Positions 25,132 through 34,172 of a DNA stretch of 64,000 bases are shown here, piece by piece; position 1 is the first letter of the stretch; each line of letters opens with the position of its first letter. The notes under the pieces were generated by a model that was not told the origin of the DNA, made no database searches, and saw nothing but the letters and a program-made list of their open reading frames with translations. The DNA is from a virus (lineage: Duplodnaviria > Caudoviricetes), in IMG/VR virus record IMGVR_UViG_2690315896_000002, positions 2,287 to 66,286 of that record. The stretch is one strand, 5' to 3'. Made by a program: the position numbers and the translations under genes.

Positions 25132-28100
25132 ATGTGGACTCCTTTTCGGAATTGGTCGCTGTTGCCGTCTGGCCGGATGTAGTGCACGCCAGGCCGCACG
25201 TTCGGCGTGCCTACCCGCGTGTCCACGAAGGCTGCGGGCTTGGTGAGCTGCCAGCCGATGGATTCTTCGCCCAGCCGGCGCACGCGCATGCGGTGCTTGA
25301 AGTTGCGCGGGTCGTAGTCGCAGATGAACGAGTCCCAGCCTTTGACCTGGATCTCGCGAACCTTGTGCGATACCCAGGCCTTGCCAATGCCCAGGGCATC
25401 GAATCCCACCTGCGGGTGCAGGTTGGGGGGACTGACGTAGAGGCCGGTTGGCATGTTGTTGCCCAGGTGGTCGGACGCCCCCATGCGCTCGGCCAGGTAG
25501 CCCTGGGGGCTCACAGTCCGGTGGCGGTGCGATACCTCGGTCACTCCGTAGCCTGCGGCTGCCAGGCCCACCGGCTTCAGCGTCTGCGGACCCACATAGG
25601 GCGGCCGCGTCACCTGGGCCGTGCCGAACCCGCTCCCCTCGAATGGCTGGTCCTGCTCCACCGTGATCGTATGCGGGAGCACGATGAAGCCCAGGCGCAT
25701 CGAGGACCAGCCCGTGACCGAGATCTGCTGCAACCGATTGAAGACATTCGGCCGCCCGTAGGCCGTGCTGATGCTGCTGTTGTGGAAGCCCATCGGGTAC
25801 AGAATGTTGCCGCGCTGCTGGGACACATTGGGCATGCCCAGCCGCGCGCCGTCATTGACCGGACGCAGCATGCCCTGACTGGTGAGGTGGTTGCGCATTG
25901 CCTGAGCTGGAGCCTCCATCACTGCATAGATGGTGTGCGGCGTTATGCGTGGCAGGCCCCAGGATTCCATGCCATTCGGCCCTTGGCCGTCCACGACCAG
26001 TTGGCCCATCGTCGGCACCTGGATGGTGCGGTCCTTGAGACTCACGAACGGTTCGCCCACGAGCAGATCCCAGTAACCGGGCTCCACGCGGATGGTGTTG
26101 GCCGTGACCACCGGCTGGCCGACAAAGCCAGGCCCAATGCCATAGTTGTTGGGCCTGTCCAGGTTGATATACCCCTTGAGGAGGTTGGGCGCCGCAACCT
26201 GCTCCGGCGGGATAGGAATGCCATATCCGTCCGACAACTCCTGCTGGCCGTTGGAGTTAGTCACGAACTTGCGCAAGTCGATGTATTGAGTTGTCACAGG
26301 GTCGATGCCGTACTTGCGCACCGTCAGCTTGTCCCCGATCCGCATCATGTTGAACCCGGGGACGATCACCTGCTGCTGCCTATCGGCGACGCGGGCCTTG
26401 CCGAACAGCGCCGTGTTCGCGCCGTCAGCGGCCACGGCGCGCCACTGGAGCCGCACCAGCGCACTGCCCCACTCGTCCATGGTCCCACCGCGCACGCGCA
26501 GCTCCGGCGTGCGGTTGCGCAGCTCCGGCATCCCGACGAAATCCCGGTGCGTCCACCGCGTGGTCACCATGTTCCGGTGCGATACCACGATGGGCAGCCC
26601 CAGCTTGCTTTGCCCGCGCACCGCCCCATCCATGCCGGGCACTTCGACATAGCGGGTGTGCAGCCGCAGGCTGGGCAGATCAATGCGCGGCGGCCCGATG
26701 GAGTAGCGGGATTCAAAGGTCAGCGTGCGGATGCGGAACGCCACCATGGGGAAGCCCATGGACTGCGAATCGAAACCCTGCGCGTTCCGGTACCGCCGCG
26801 TGTTGACCACCTGAGCGGCGCCGAAGCTCGTAGCCACAAGGCCGCGCGGCCGCAGCGGAAAGGCCTTGTTCCAGACGACCGCCCACCGTGGGATCAGCGG
26901 AGGCTCCAAGCCATCGAGGAACAGCGGGCGGATGCGGTGTGTCACGCTGCCCGTCTTCTGGTATTCGGGCAGTGCTGGCGCAGCGATCCCCGAAGGCTCC
27001 AGCAGCCGCGCCTTGTTCCAGACCACGGGGCGCCCGTACAGCGCCGTGTTCGTGCCGATCCCGCGCATGGTCTTGTTGCGGTTCTCGATCGCTGTCCAAC
27101 CGCCCCACTTCGGCGGTGCCAGCCCGCCCTGCTGGTCCTCGAACTGCACGATGTACTGGCGCAGGTGCCACACGCGCGGCAGTCCCCAGCGGTCCTTGCT
27201 GTCCACCTCCGTCGTCATCCCCTCGGGCCGCAGGTGGCGCCGGTACAGGCCCACCGTAGCCAGACCATAGGCCGCGCCGAAGGTCTTGGGGAAAATCTCC
27301 TGAGCCTCGGGAATGATGCGCGTCAGCCAGCGCGTGGCCTCGAAGCCCTCCGGGCCGACATGCTGCGTGCCGCCCACACGCTGGCGCGACATTTCCACAA
27401 AGTCGATGCCACGCGGCTCAATGTAGCGGCGCCGGAACGACAGCCACGCATCACCGAAGGCCTCGCGGCTCCAGCCTGCAGGACCGATGCCGCGCAGCGT
27501 GTGCTCCACGCGCGGCGCACCGTAGGTGCCAGCGGCGATCCCAAACCCCTCCAGTGGCACCTTGCGCCAGCGGAAGTCCACACCAGGCTGGCCAACGCGC
27601 AGCGTCTCGAAGCCGCCGATGTCGAACGCGCGGCGGCGCAGCCACACCGTGGGCTCGGGCACTGGCGGCGCAGCGACGCCACTGGGCGCGAAGCTGGGCG
27701 TTCGCCACAGAACGGGCGATGGGATGGCCTCAAACGGCGACGGGATGCCCTTGGGGCTGATGCGCTTGAGCGGCCCGCCGATGTCGTGCGCACCAAACAG
27801 TGATGCATCGAACGCCTTGGGCGTGATGTTCGGCGACTTGTTCCTGATGGCGGCCAAGCCCATGCCTGGGGCAGCGATGGCCAGCGGCCCCAGCAAGCGC
27901 CGCACGTTTGCCAGCAGGGCCCAGGGGCTCGGCTCATGCGCATCGAAGCCTGGCACGTTGATCTTGAACGTGCGCAGGCGGATCGCCACGTCGCCAAAGA
28001 CTGCAGACACCGGGGCCGAGATAGGCCACACCTTCTGCGCGCGGTCGCGAACCCGTGGGTAGCCGGTCGAGTAGGCATCGATGCCGGCCGGCCTCACCAG

Positions 28101-29285
28101 CTTGGTCTTGAAGTCCACCACGGGATAGCCCATGGCCGACGACAGCCAGCCCACGGGGTGCGGTGGGAACTGCACCAGGTGCGAACCCACCACCGTGCCG
28201 AGCATGCCAATCGGTCGCAGGATCTGTGGCGACACGGCCGGCCGAGGCACGTCGATCGGCTTGATCGCCTCCGGCCGCGCGTGTTGGTCAGCCCGCGTGT
28301 TCACCACCTTGACCGTGCCAAGCGCTGGTGGGGCCAGCCCAGCGGGCTTGATTTCCTTCAACCCGCCGATCACGTAGGCCGCGCCGAATCGCTCGCTGGC
28401 GAAGCTGTTCATCGGCACGTACTGGCGCCAGTTCCAGATCCGCAGCGTGCCGAAGGCCTGTGCATTGAACCCGCCAGGACGAATCGGCACCGCCGTGTTG
28501 CGCACGTTTGGCGCAGGCACTGCTGCCGACACCCAGCCGGCAGGCTTCACCACAGGCAGCGAGACCTGGCCGAATGCAGCGCTGTCCCAGCCCGTCAGCG
28601 ATACCTGCTTTGCCTCCTGAGGCAGCGCCCATGCCGCGCTCAACGTGCCCTTGGCCGGCAGGTACTCGTCCTTGCCAACCCAAGTCGCATCAAGTCGCCA
28701 CTGGGGCGGCGCATATTGCCAGTCGAGGAGGGTGTAGTGCTTCGACCCCGATGCGAAGGTGAAGATGCCGCCAGCGCCCTTGACCAGCTGCTGCTGGATC
28801 ACCAACGGGTTGGGCACCTCGTGGATGCCGATACCCAGTGGCGCCACGTAGCGGTTGTGCGACCAGGTGCCGATGATCGAACCGAATGGCGCGCCGTAGG
28901 GTTCTGCTCCCTGCCATGAGACATTAAGCCGGTGCTGGGCGCCGACGTAGTCTCCAGGATGCAGGACGGATCTTGGCGCAGGCACGCCAGGCGCCATCAC
29001 CGATGCTGCCGCGACGAACTGCTGCTTGATCGCACCCGCAGTGCCGAACGTGACCTTGGAACCGATACCGCGCGGATAGACCTCCATGTCGAGGCCCGCG
29101 CCCCAAGACACAGCCAGCGTGCCGATCACCGAGGGAGACGGCTTGGCGCCCTGCCAAGTGACGTTCAGCGTGCCATGCGGCACGGGGTAGGGATCGCCCA
29201 GCAGCACGCGCTGCGCCAACGGCGGCGGCACGTAGCCATCCACCAGGATCACGGGGGCTGATAGGGGCGGAGCCTTGTATGCCAT
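25128..29285 (-). CDS. Large tail/fibre-like virion protein (1385 aa)
   Basis: Pro/Gly-rich degenerate repeats (PxG...G); N-terminal L-x-x-T/S-W repeats. Confidence 0.7.
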   Translation of the reverse strand: MAYKAPPLSAPVILVDGYVPPPLAQRVLLGDPYPVPHGTLNVTWQGAKPSPSVIGTLAVSWGAGLDMEVYPRGIGSKVTFGTAGAIKQQFVAAASVMAPGVPAPRSVLHPGDYVGAQHRLNVSWQGAEPYGAPFGSIIGTWSHNRYVAPLGIGIHEVPNPLVIQQQLVKGAGGIFTFASGSKHYTLLDWQYAPPQWRLDATWVGKDEYLPAKGTLSAAWALPQEAKQVSLTGWDSAAFGQVSLPVVKPAGWVSAAVPAPNVRNTAVPIRPGGFNAQAFGTLRIWNWRQYVPMNSFASERFGAAYVIGGLKEIKPAGLAPPALGTVKVVNTRADQHARPEAIKPIDVPRPAVSPQILRPIGMLGTVVGSHLVQFPPHPVGWLSSAMGYPVVDFKTKLVRPAGIDAYSTGYPRVRDRAQKVWPISAPVSAVFGDVAIRLRTFKINVPGFDAHEPSPWALLANVRRLLGPLAIAAPGMGLAAIRNKSPNITPKAFDASLFGAHDIGGPLKRISPKGIPSPFEAIPSPVLWRTPSFAPSGVAAPPVPEPTVWLRRRAFDIGGFETLRVGQPGVDFRWRKVPLEGFGIAAGTYGAPRVEHTLRGIGPAGWSREAFGDAWLSFRRRYIEPRGIDFVEMSRQRVGGTQHVGPEGFEATRWLTRIIPEAQEIFPKTFGAAYGLATVGLYRRHLRPEGMTTEVDSKDRWGLPRVWHLRQYIVQFEDQQGGLAPPKWGGWTAIENRNKTMRGIGTNTALYGRPVVWNKARLLEPSGIAAPALPEYQKTGSVTHRIRPLFLDGLEPPLIPRWAVVWNKAFPLRPRGLVATSFGAAQVVNTRRYRNAQGFDSQSMGFPMVAFRIRTLTFESRYSIGPPRIDLPSLRLHTRYVEVPGMDGAVRGQSKLGLPIVVSHRNMVTTRWTHRDFVGMPELRNRTPELRVRGGTMDEWGSALVRLQWRAVAADGANTALFGKARVADRQQQVIVPGFNMMRIGDKLTVRKYGIDPVTTQYIDLRKFVTNSNGQQELSDGYGIPIPPEQVAAPNLLKGYINLDRPNNYGIGPGFVGQPVVTANTIRVEPGYWDLLVGEPFVSLKDRTIQVPTMGQLVVDGQGPNGMESWGLPRITPHTIYAVMEAPAQAMRNHLTSQGMLRPVNDGARLGMPNVSQQRGNILYPMGFHNSSISTAYGRPNVFNRLQQISVTGWSSMRLGFIVLPHTITVEQDQPFEGSGFGTAQVTRPPYVGPQTLKPVGLAAAGYGVTEVSHRHRTVSPQGYLAERMGASDHLGNNMPTGLYVSPPNLHPQVGFDALGIGKAWVSHKVREIQVKGWDSFICDYDPRNFKHRMRVRRLGEESIGWQLTKPAAFVDTRVGTPNVRPGVHYIRPDGNSDQFRKGVHI

Positions 29286-29293
29286 GGGTGTCG

Positions 29294-30160
29294 TCAGCTC
29301 ACGTCCGTGGGGAAAGCTTCCACGAACTGCGTGAAGTCCGAGACATAGCGCCCCACGCCTGCCGTCACGCGCGGCATGGCCACGCTACCGCGCCAGAAAT
29401 CGGAAGATGTCTGATTGCCCAGCAGTCGCAGTCCGCTCTGGGCTGTGACATTCACAGTGTCATCAATAACGGCTACCAGCCGGCCCCCGATAAACAATCG
29501 CCCTATCGATCCCTTGCGCGAGTAGGCAATGTGCTGCCACTTCTTGAGCTTGATCGAATCAGCTGCCGATACTGCGACCGTCCCAACATTGTGAAAGCTC
29601 AGGAATCCATTCGGCCTCACGAAAAAACACCATCCCCCCGAGGAAGACCAGTTCCCCATTGGACTGTAGTAGTACCCGCTAGGCATAAGCGCAAGGTTGA
29701 TGAAACACTCGACCGTGAAATCGTTCAGGCCGAAAGCCCACTTGGTGCTTGCAGGCGCCTCCATGAACCAGCCTGGATTTCCGTCAGGATTTTCAACTCG
29801 CCCCACCCCTTCAAATGGACCGTCACCCCATAGTGCCGCACCATTTGAAGCCCAAATCATTCCAGTGGTATCACTGAAAGAGCCATTCAAGTACAGCAGC
29901 GAGATCACTTTCGCATAGTCGGCATCGACTGCTGGCGGCGTCGTGTACGGTCCATGGGTAACCGGCGCGAAGCCATCCGACAGGTAGGTAAGCCCGACTT
30001 TTCGCGCGCGCGGAAGTCCCATGGACCAATCTCCATTGGCCGCGGCTGCTTTTTTATTAAGAATAGCCTGAGTTGCCCAGTCAAAAGCTGCGATGGAGCG
30101 GACGCCTGTACCTGAAACCGTGATCGCGTTACCTGCCAGGCTGCTGAAAAACCCTTCCAT
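29294..30160 (-). CDS. LamG/concanavalin-A-like domain protein (receptor-binding candidate)
   Basis: DFTVECFI...KWQHIAYSRKGSIGRLFIGG...RVTAGVGRY. Confidence 0.8.
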   Translation of the reverse strand: MEGFFSSLAGNAITVSGTGVRSIAAFDWATQAILNKKAAAANGDWSMGLPRARKVGLTYLSDGFAPVTHGPYTTPPAVDADYAKVISLLYLNGSFSDTTGMIWASNGAALWGDGPFEGVGRVENPDGNPGWFMEAPASTKWAFGLNDFTVECFINLALMPSGYYYSPMGNWSSSGGWCFFVRPNGFLSFHNVGTVAVSAADSIKLKKWQHIAYSRKGSIGRLFIGGRLVAVIDDTVNVTAQSGLRLLGNQTSSDFWRGSVAMPRVTAGVGRYVSDFTQFVEAFPTDVS

Positions 30161-30163
30161 ACA

Positions 30164-31411
30164 TCACCCTATTGGCTCGGCTTCCACTTTTGAATAGAAA
30201 AGATCATTCAGCAACTCACCCGCCTCCGTATAAAACTGAACATCAAACGGACCTGCATTGTCCAAAAGAAGCGTGTAGTTCCCTGTGGAAGCATCAGAGT
30301 AAGTTTGCGCCATGAGTTCACCACTGGTCCGCTGAAATGCCCGAACCATCCTTTTCACAGGAAGATTTGCAACGTCACGAACCGTTCCGACTATACGGTG
30401 AGGTGTGGTGTCAATAAAAAGACACGATGCAGAATTTGCAGTGCTTGTTGTGAGCGCAAGGTTACGCAATGCGAGATTTTCGGCGGCATCCGTCACCATC
30501 TCTTTTCCAGAAAATTTTATCTTTGACAAAGACCTGTTCAGGGACGCCGAAAATCCATGAAATACATAAAAATATTCATCAATGGTGTTTGGCGGAATTA
30601 CTATGTGATGTGCCGGGCTCAACCCTGCTGCAGCCACGCCTGAATTTGTTATCGTGTCCGTTGTAGAGTCAAAGTAGCTGATTAACGTATCGGAACTAGA
30701 AGCAATATAAATGATTGTTTTCCCGTCTGGATACCTCACAGCTCGATTCGTCCCATACGTTGAGTTGCCGCCTCGATGGGCTGTATTTGTGCTCACTGTT
30801 GTCCGCACTCCTGTCGCGGGATCGTATTTGGAGACACAATTTGTAGAATCATTAAATGCAACGAACTTACTACTGTCGTGAGAAAAGCATCCTTGATATA
30901 TGCTTCCAGAATTGGTGGTGGCGTTTACATAGCTCCAATCCGATGTCTTGTATATTCTTAAATATGGATTTGTGCTATGAATCACTGCCATATACTTACC
31001 ATCGGGAGAAAAATCTATGTAGTAAGCAGTTCCTAGGCCAGTGGTATTGACTGTTTGCAGCGTACCAGCCTTATTAAATACATATAGATATGGCGATGCC
31101 CCGCAAATGGCATAGAACTCATTACTCACTGCACCGTGAGATATTGATCCTGCGAAGACTACCGACGAAGTGGTATAGGATGCTAGGTTTCTTGCATCTG
31201 GATATATCCAGTAGTTATTGGAACTCGTTTGAGACAAGCCCAAGGCATAAGTTCTATCAGGCGATAGAATCAACCCGTTTCCACCGCTTGCAGAACTAAG
31301 TAAAGCCAATGGAAAAGAATCATCCCTAGTTACAGGCAGTCCCTGACGGACTTTTAGCGCACGAATAGGCGTTGCTTCGCCATTAAAGAACCCAAGCAAT
31401 CGTTTAGGCAT
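30164..31411 (-). CDS. Beta-propeller receptor-binding protein with C-terminal attachment domain
   Basis: FSPDG/FSHD/YPDG blades; C-terminal IVGTV...VRAF.R..G; AT-rich DNA. Confidence 0.75.
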   Translation of the reverse strand: MPKRLLGFFNGEATPIRALKVRQGLPVTRDDSFPLALLSSASGGNGLILSPDRTYALGLSQTSSNNYWIYPDARNLASYTTSSVVFAGSISHGAVSNEFYAICGASPYLYVFNKAGTLQTVNTTGLGTAYYIDFSPDGKYMAVIHSTNPYLRIYKTSDWSYVNATTNSGSIYQGCFSHDSSKFVAFNDSTNCVSKYDPATGVRTTVSTNTAHRGGNSTYGTNRAVRYPDGKTIIYIASSSDTLISYFDSTTDTITNSGVAAAGLSPAHHIVIPPNTIDEYFYVFHGFSASLNRSLSKIKFSGKEMVTDAAENLALRNLALTTSTANSASCLFIDTTPHRIVGTVRDVANLPVKRMVRAFQRTSGELMAQTYSDASTGNYTLLLDNAGPFDVQFYTEAGELLNDLFYSKVEAEPIG

Positions 31412-31724
31412 TTGCCACCTCTCCCATTGGAGTTTCATTGGGCCAATAGCCCTTCGCCGCGTGCCATGCCGCGTACTGGTCGAACAGATCCTGGCCCGCG
31501 CCCCTGGCACGCACAAATTTGCCGGCGTGGCCCTCGGCGCTGTAGTCGGGTCGGGTGCGGTCAGGGCGCTCCGTTTCCTCGGCGAACATCTGGAAGGGAG
31601 GCAGTTGAACCAGACGCCCCCAATCGAACGCTGGAGGCTCGTTCATGGTGATTGGCACCGAAGCGATGCCTTGAACGCTCGCCACCTGAGTCGGCGGCTT
31701 GGTGGTGGACGCAGGTGTGGTCAT
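31404..31724 (-). CDS. Hypothetical protein (106 aa), leaderless from late promoter
   Basis: ORF starts 6 nt after the -10 of promoter copy 4. Confidence 0.7.
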   Translation of the reverse strand: MTTPASTTKPPTQVASVQGIASVPITMNEPPAFDWGRLVQLPPFQMFAEETERPDRTRPDYSAEGHAGKFVRARGAGQDLFDQYAAWHAAKGYWPNETPMGEVANA

Positions 31725-31730
31725 AGGCTC

Positions 31731-31768
31731 ATGCTCCCTTCCAATGAAAAAGGCGCGAAGCCCTATGC
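31731..31768 (-). promoter_or_regulatory. Late promoter motif copy 4
   Basis: GCATAGGGCT-N22-GAGCAT-N6-ATG. Confidence 0.8.
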
Positions 31769-31781
31769 GGGGTCCGCGCCT
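31747..31781 (-). terminator. Intrinsic terminator containing the promoter box
   Basis: AGGCGCGGA...TTCGCGCCT followed by T-run. Confidence 0.65.
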
Positions 31782-31798
31782 CTCGGTTTCCTGCCAGG

Positions 31799-32206
31799 TC
31801 AGACCTTGAAAATCTTGTTCACGCCGTTGTCCCAGGTGACGATGATGTCGCCGCCGTTGGGGGTGATGGGCAGGCCTGTGGCGGTGTCGATGAACGCGAT
31901 GAGCGGGCTGGTGGCCTCGGTCGCCGTGTCCGAATAGATCACGATGGCCTCGATGGACGGCCCGGACACGCTGGTGAAGGTCACGTCTGCCGCGTCAGCC
32001 GCGCCGCCCGTGGTGGTCTTGCTGGTCAGCGTGACCGGGCCGGCGATGCGCGAGGAAATCGGGATGTCGGCCAGGTACTGGTGGACGGCAGTTTGCGGCG
32101 TGTAGGCGCCGGTATCGACCAGGATCACCTTGATGGTGTCCGTCATCCAGTTCAGCTGGGCCTCCAGGAAGCGCTGGCGCGCTGCGTCATACAGGGTATT
32201 GGCCAT
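31799..32206 (-). CDS. Virion structural protein (135 aa)
   Basis: MANTLY...GLPITPNGGDIIVTW; SD AAGGAG. Confidence 0.75.
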   Translation of the reverse strand: MANTLYDAARQRFLEAQLNWMTDTIKVILVDTGAYTPQTAVHQYLADIPISSRIAGPVTLTSKTTTGGAADAADVTFTSVSGPSIEAIVIYSDTATEATSPLIAFIDTATGLPITPNGGDIIVTWDNGVNKIFKV

Positions 32207-32405
32207 GAGAGTGCTCCTTGCCCGTGCTGGGCGAAGAAGCGCACTCATGCGCGCTGGGATTGTTGAGGGGGTGGACGATGGGAACCTGCGCTGGCGCCTC
32301 GATCACGATGCGCGCGCGGCGGCCGGACTTCTCGACCAGGGTGATGCGCGCGGCGCCGATGAGGGCCGAGTCGCCCGCGCTCAGCTCGATAGTGCGTCTG
32401 CTCAC
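32187..32405 (-). CDS. CsrA-like small protein (72 aa)
   Basis: GTG start overlapping the upstream stop; AGDSALIG...ITLVEKSGRRARIVIEAP matches the CsrA beta pattern. Confidence 0.6.
   Translation of the reverse strand: MSRRTIELSAGDSALIGAARITLVEKSGRRARIVIEAPAQVPIVHPLNNPSAHECASSPSTGKEHSHGQYPV
32239..32254 (-). repeat. 16-nt hairpin leader repeat (copy 2)
   Basis: Identical to 23906-23921. Confidence 0.75.
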
Positions 32406-33094
32406 GGCAGGTACCCCCTGATGTAGTGCTGCACGTCCTCGCGTGTCTGGCGCCGCATGTCGCTGTCGGGCAGCGGGCCAAAGTAGGCTGTGAAAGCGCG
32501 CTCGGCCAGCATCGAGCGGTCGAGGTCGAACAGTTGGCTGTCCGGCACGCTGAAGGCCTTGTGCAAGACCCACTGGATCAGGTGCTCATGGTGGGCTTCA
32601 TGGATTTCGGGAGCGGGCCATACCGCGTCTGGATCGTCGGGCGCTATTGGGGCGGCCAGCGGCGCGAGCGGCAGGCGGTATGCCTCCAGATGCAGGGTTT
32701 CGCCGTCCTCGACCTTGCCCACCATGCGCAGGCCGGTGTCGGTCTGGACGGCGATGCAGCAGGGGCGCGGATCGTCGCGCCAGCCAGGCAGCTCTGCCTC
32801 CAGCCACTCGCGCGACTTGATCGTGACGGGGCGCACCGCGCCCGCGGCGGGCTTGATGCGCAGGTCAATCAGCTCGTAGAGCGAGCGGTGCAGCGGATAG
32901 GAAACCTTCGTAGCCGCCAGAGCGATCTGGCACAGCGCCGGGTCGCTCTCAGCCACCAGCAGGCGGCCACGCACGCAGGCCTGGGCCTGGGCGTCGTTGA
33001 GCCAGTCAATCACGTCCGCATTCTCGACGCGATACGGCTCCGCCACGTCCTTGGCCAACACCCGGAAGCGGCGGATCAGGTCAGCCAGGTTCAT
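32402..33094 (-). CDS. Head-tail adaptor-like protein
   Basis: MNLADLIRRFR...WLNDAQ...PEIHEAHH pattern; position after capsid genes. Confidence 0.7.
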   Translation of the reverse strand: MNLADLIRRFRVLAKDVAEPYRVENADVIDWLNDAQAQACVRGRLLVAESDPALCQIALAATKVSYPLHRSLYELIDLRIKPAAGAVRPVTIKSREWLEAELPGWRDDPRPCCIAVQTDTGLRMVGKVEDGETLHLEAYRLPLAPLAAPIAPDDPDAVWPAPEIHEAHHEHLIQWVLHKAFSVPDSQLFDLDRSMLAERAFTAYFGPLPDSDMRRQTREDVQHYIRGYLP

Positions 33095-33564
33095 GCGGGC
33101 ATCCCGTACTGGTCGATGAAGCCCTTTGCCATGTCGCGGGCCTTCGCCGCGCTCAGGTTGGCGGGAATCTTCTGCTTGTAGTGCTGGTCGGCCCAGCTGA
33201 TGACCGCGCTGCGGTCCATGCTCTCCAGCGATTCCAGCAGCGCAAAGCGCGCGTCGGCCTGCTCGCGCTGCACGTCCAGCTCCTTGGCCTGGGCAGCCAG
33301 CATGGCGGCCGTGTCGGCGTCGGGCTGGGCCTGGGCGCCCTGCTCCTGGGCTGGCTGCGCGGGCTGGGTAGGCTCGGCGGCGCTGGGCGCCTCGGGCTCG
33401 CCTTCCTTGAACACGTCCGAATGACGCAGGAAGCGCTGCGCCAGAGTCACGGGCACCAGACGAGTCTGGCCTGGCGTGAAGGTCAGGCCAGAGCTGTAGA
33501 TGCGGTCCAAAAATGGGTTGTCGGTGCCCGTATAAGTCACCGCAACGGCTGGGAGATTGGTCAT
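33091..33564 (-). CDS. Hypothetical head-region protein
   Basis: 157-aa ORF with SD. Confidence 0.65.
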   Translation of the reverse strand: MTNLPAVAVTYTGTDNPFLDRIYSSGLTFTPGQTRLVPVTLAQRFLRHSDVFKEGEPEAPSAAEPTQPAQPAQEQGAQAQPDADTAAMLAAQAKELDVQREQADARFALLESLESMDRSAVISWADQHYKQKIPANLSAAKARDMAKGFIDQYGMPA

Positions 33565-33623
33565 TTGGTGTTCCTGGAAGTGGAGCCAAGGGCGAGCCGA
33601 AGCCCGCCCCGCCCTGACAGCGC

Positions 33624-34103
33624 TTAGTTCGGGCCCAGGCGCTCGCCGTGGACGATCACGTCAATGCGCGCGGCCTTGGCGTTGGCTGCGCCCGCCTGCG
33701 TCCAGACCAGGAATGCCTCCTTGGCCAAGCGCACGGGCGCCTTGCTGCTGGCGGTGCGGATGCGCGCGGGCGTCGCCGCGTCCAGGCCGGCGCCGAAGTA
33801 GGCGGCGTCCTGGGGCACTGCCTGGCTGTCCACTCCATCGACGTAGATGAAGCCCAGCGAGCCGGTGGCGCCCGCGCTCATGCCCGTGGACACGACCACC
33901 TGGGCGTCTTCCAGCAGGAAGCCCTCGGGCAGCTTCTCCAACACCACCACGTCGCCCACGGCGATGGCCGTCCGGGAATCGGAGTTGATGATGGCGCCGG
34001 CCGCGTTGGCGGCCAGGATGGTGCGCAGGGTGGTGAGGTTGCCGTAGGGCGTGAAGCCGCCGAACTGCTTCTCACCGATGAAACTTTTCTTGATGGTTGC
34101 CAT
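33624..34103 (-). CDS. Capsid decoration/minor capsid protein
   Basis: Beta-rich 159 aa directly after the major capsid gene; SD GGAGG. Confidence 0.65.
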   Translation of the reverse strand: MATIKKSFIGEKQFGGFTPYGNLTTLRTILAANAAGAIINSDSRTAIAVGDVVVLEKLPEGFLLEDAQVVVSTGMSAGATGSLGFIYVDGVDSQAVPQDAAYFGAGLDAATPARIRTASSKAPVRLAKEAFLVWTQAGAANAKAARIDVIVHGERLGPN

Positions 34104-34133
34104 GCTGGCCTCCGAAGGAATGGGGTAGAGAGA

Positions 34134-34162
34134 CAAGGCCGGCCATCTGCGGGCCGGCCTTG
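34134..34162 (-). terminator. Hairpin after capsid gene
   Basis: CAAGGCCGGCC-N7-GGCCGGCCTTG; weak U-tract. Confidence 0.45.
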
Positions 34163-34172
34163 GGTCAGGTCG

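Noticed and set aside
25128-31411. Possible DGR or invertible tail-fibre system
   Set aside because: No reverse transcriptase, invertase or template/variable repeat pair seen.
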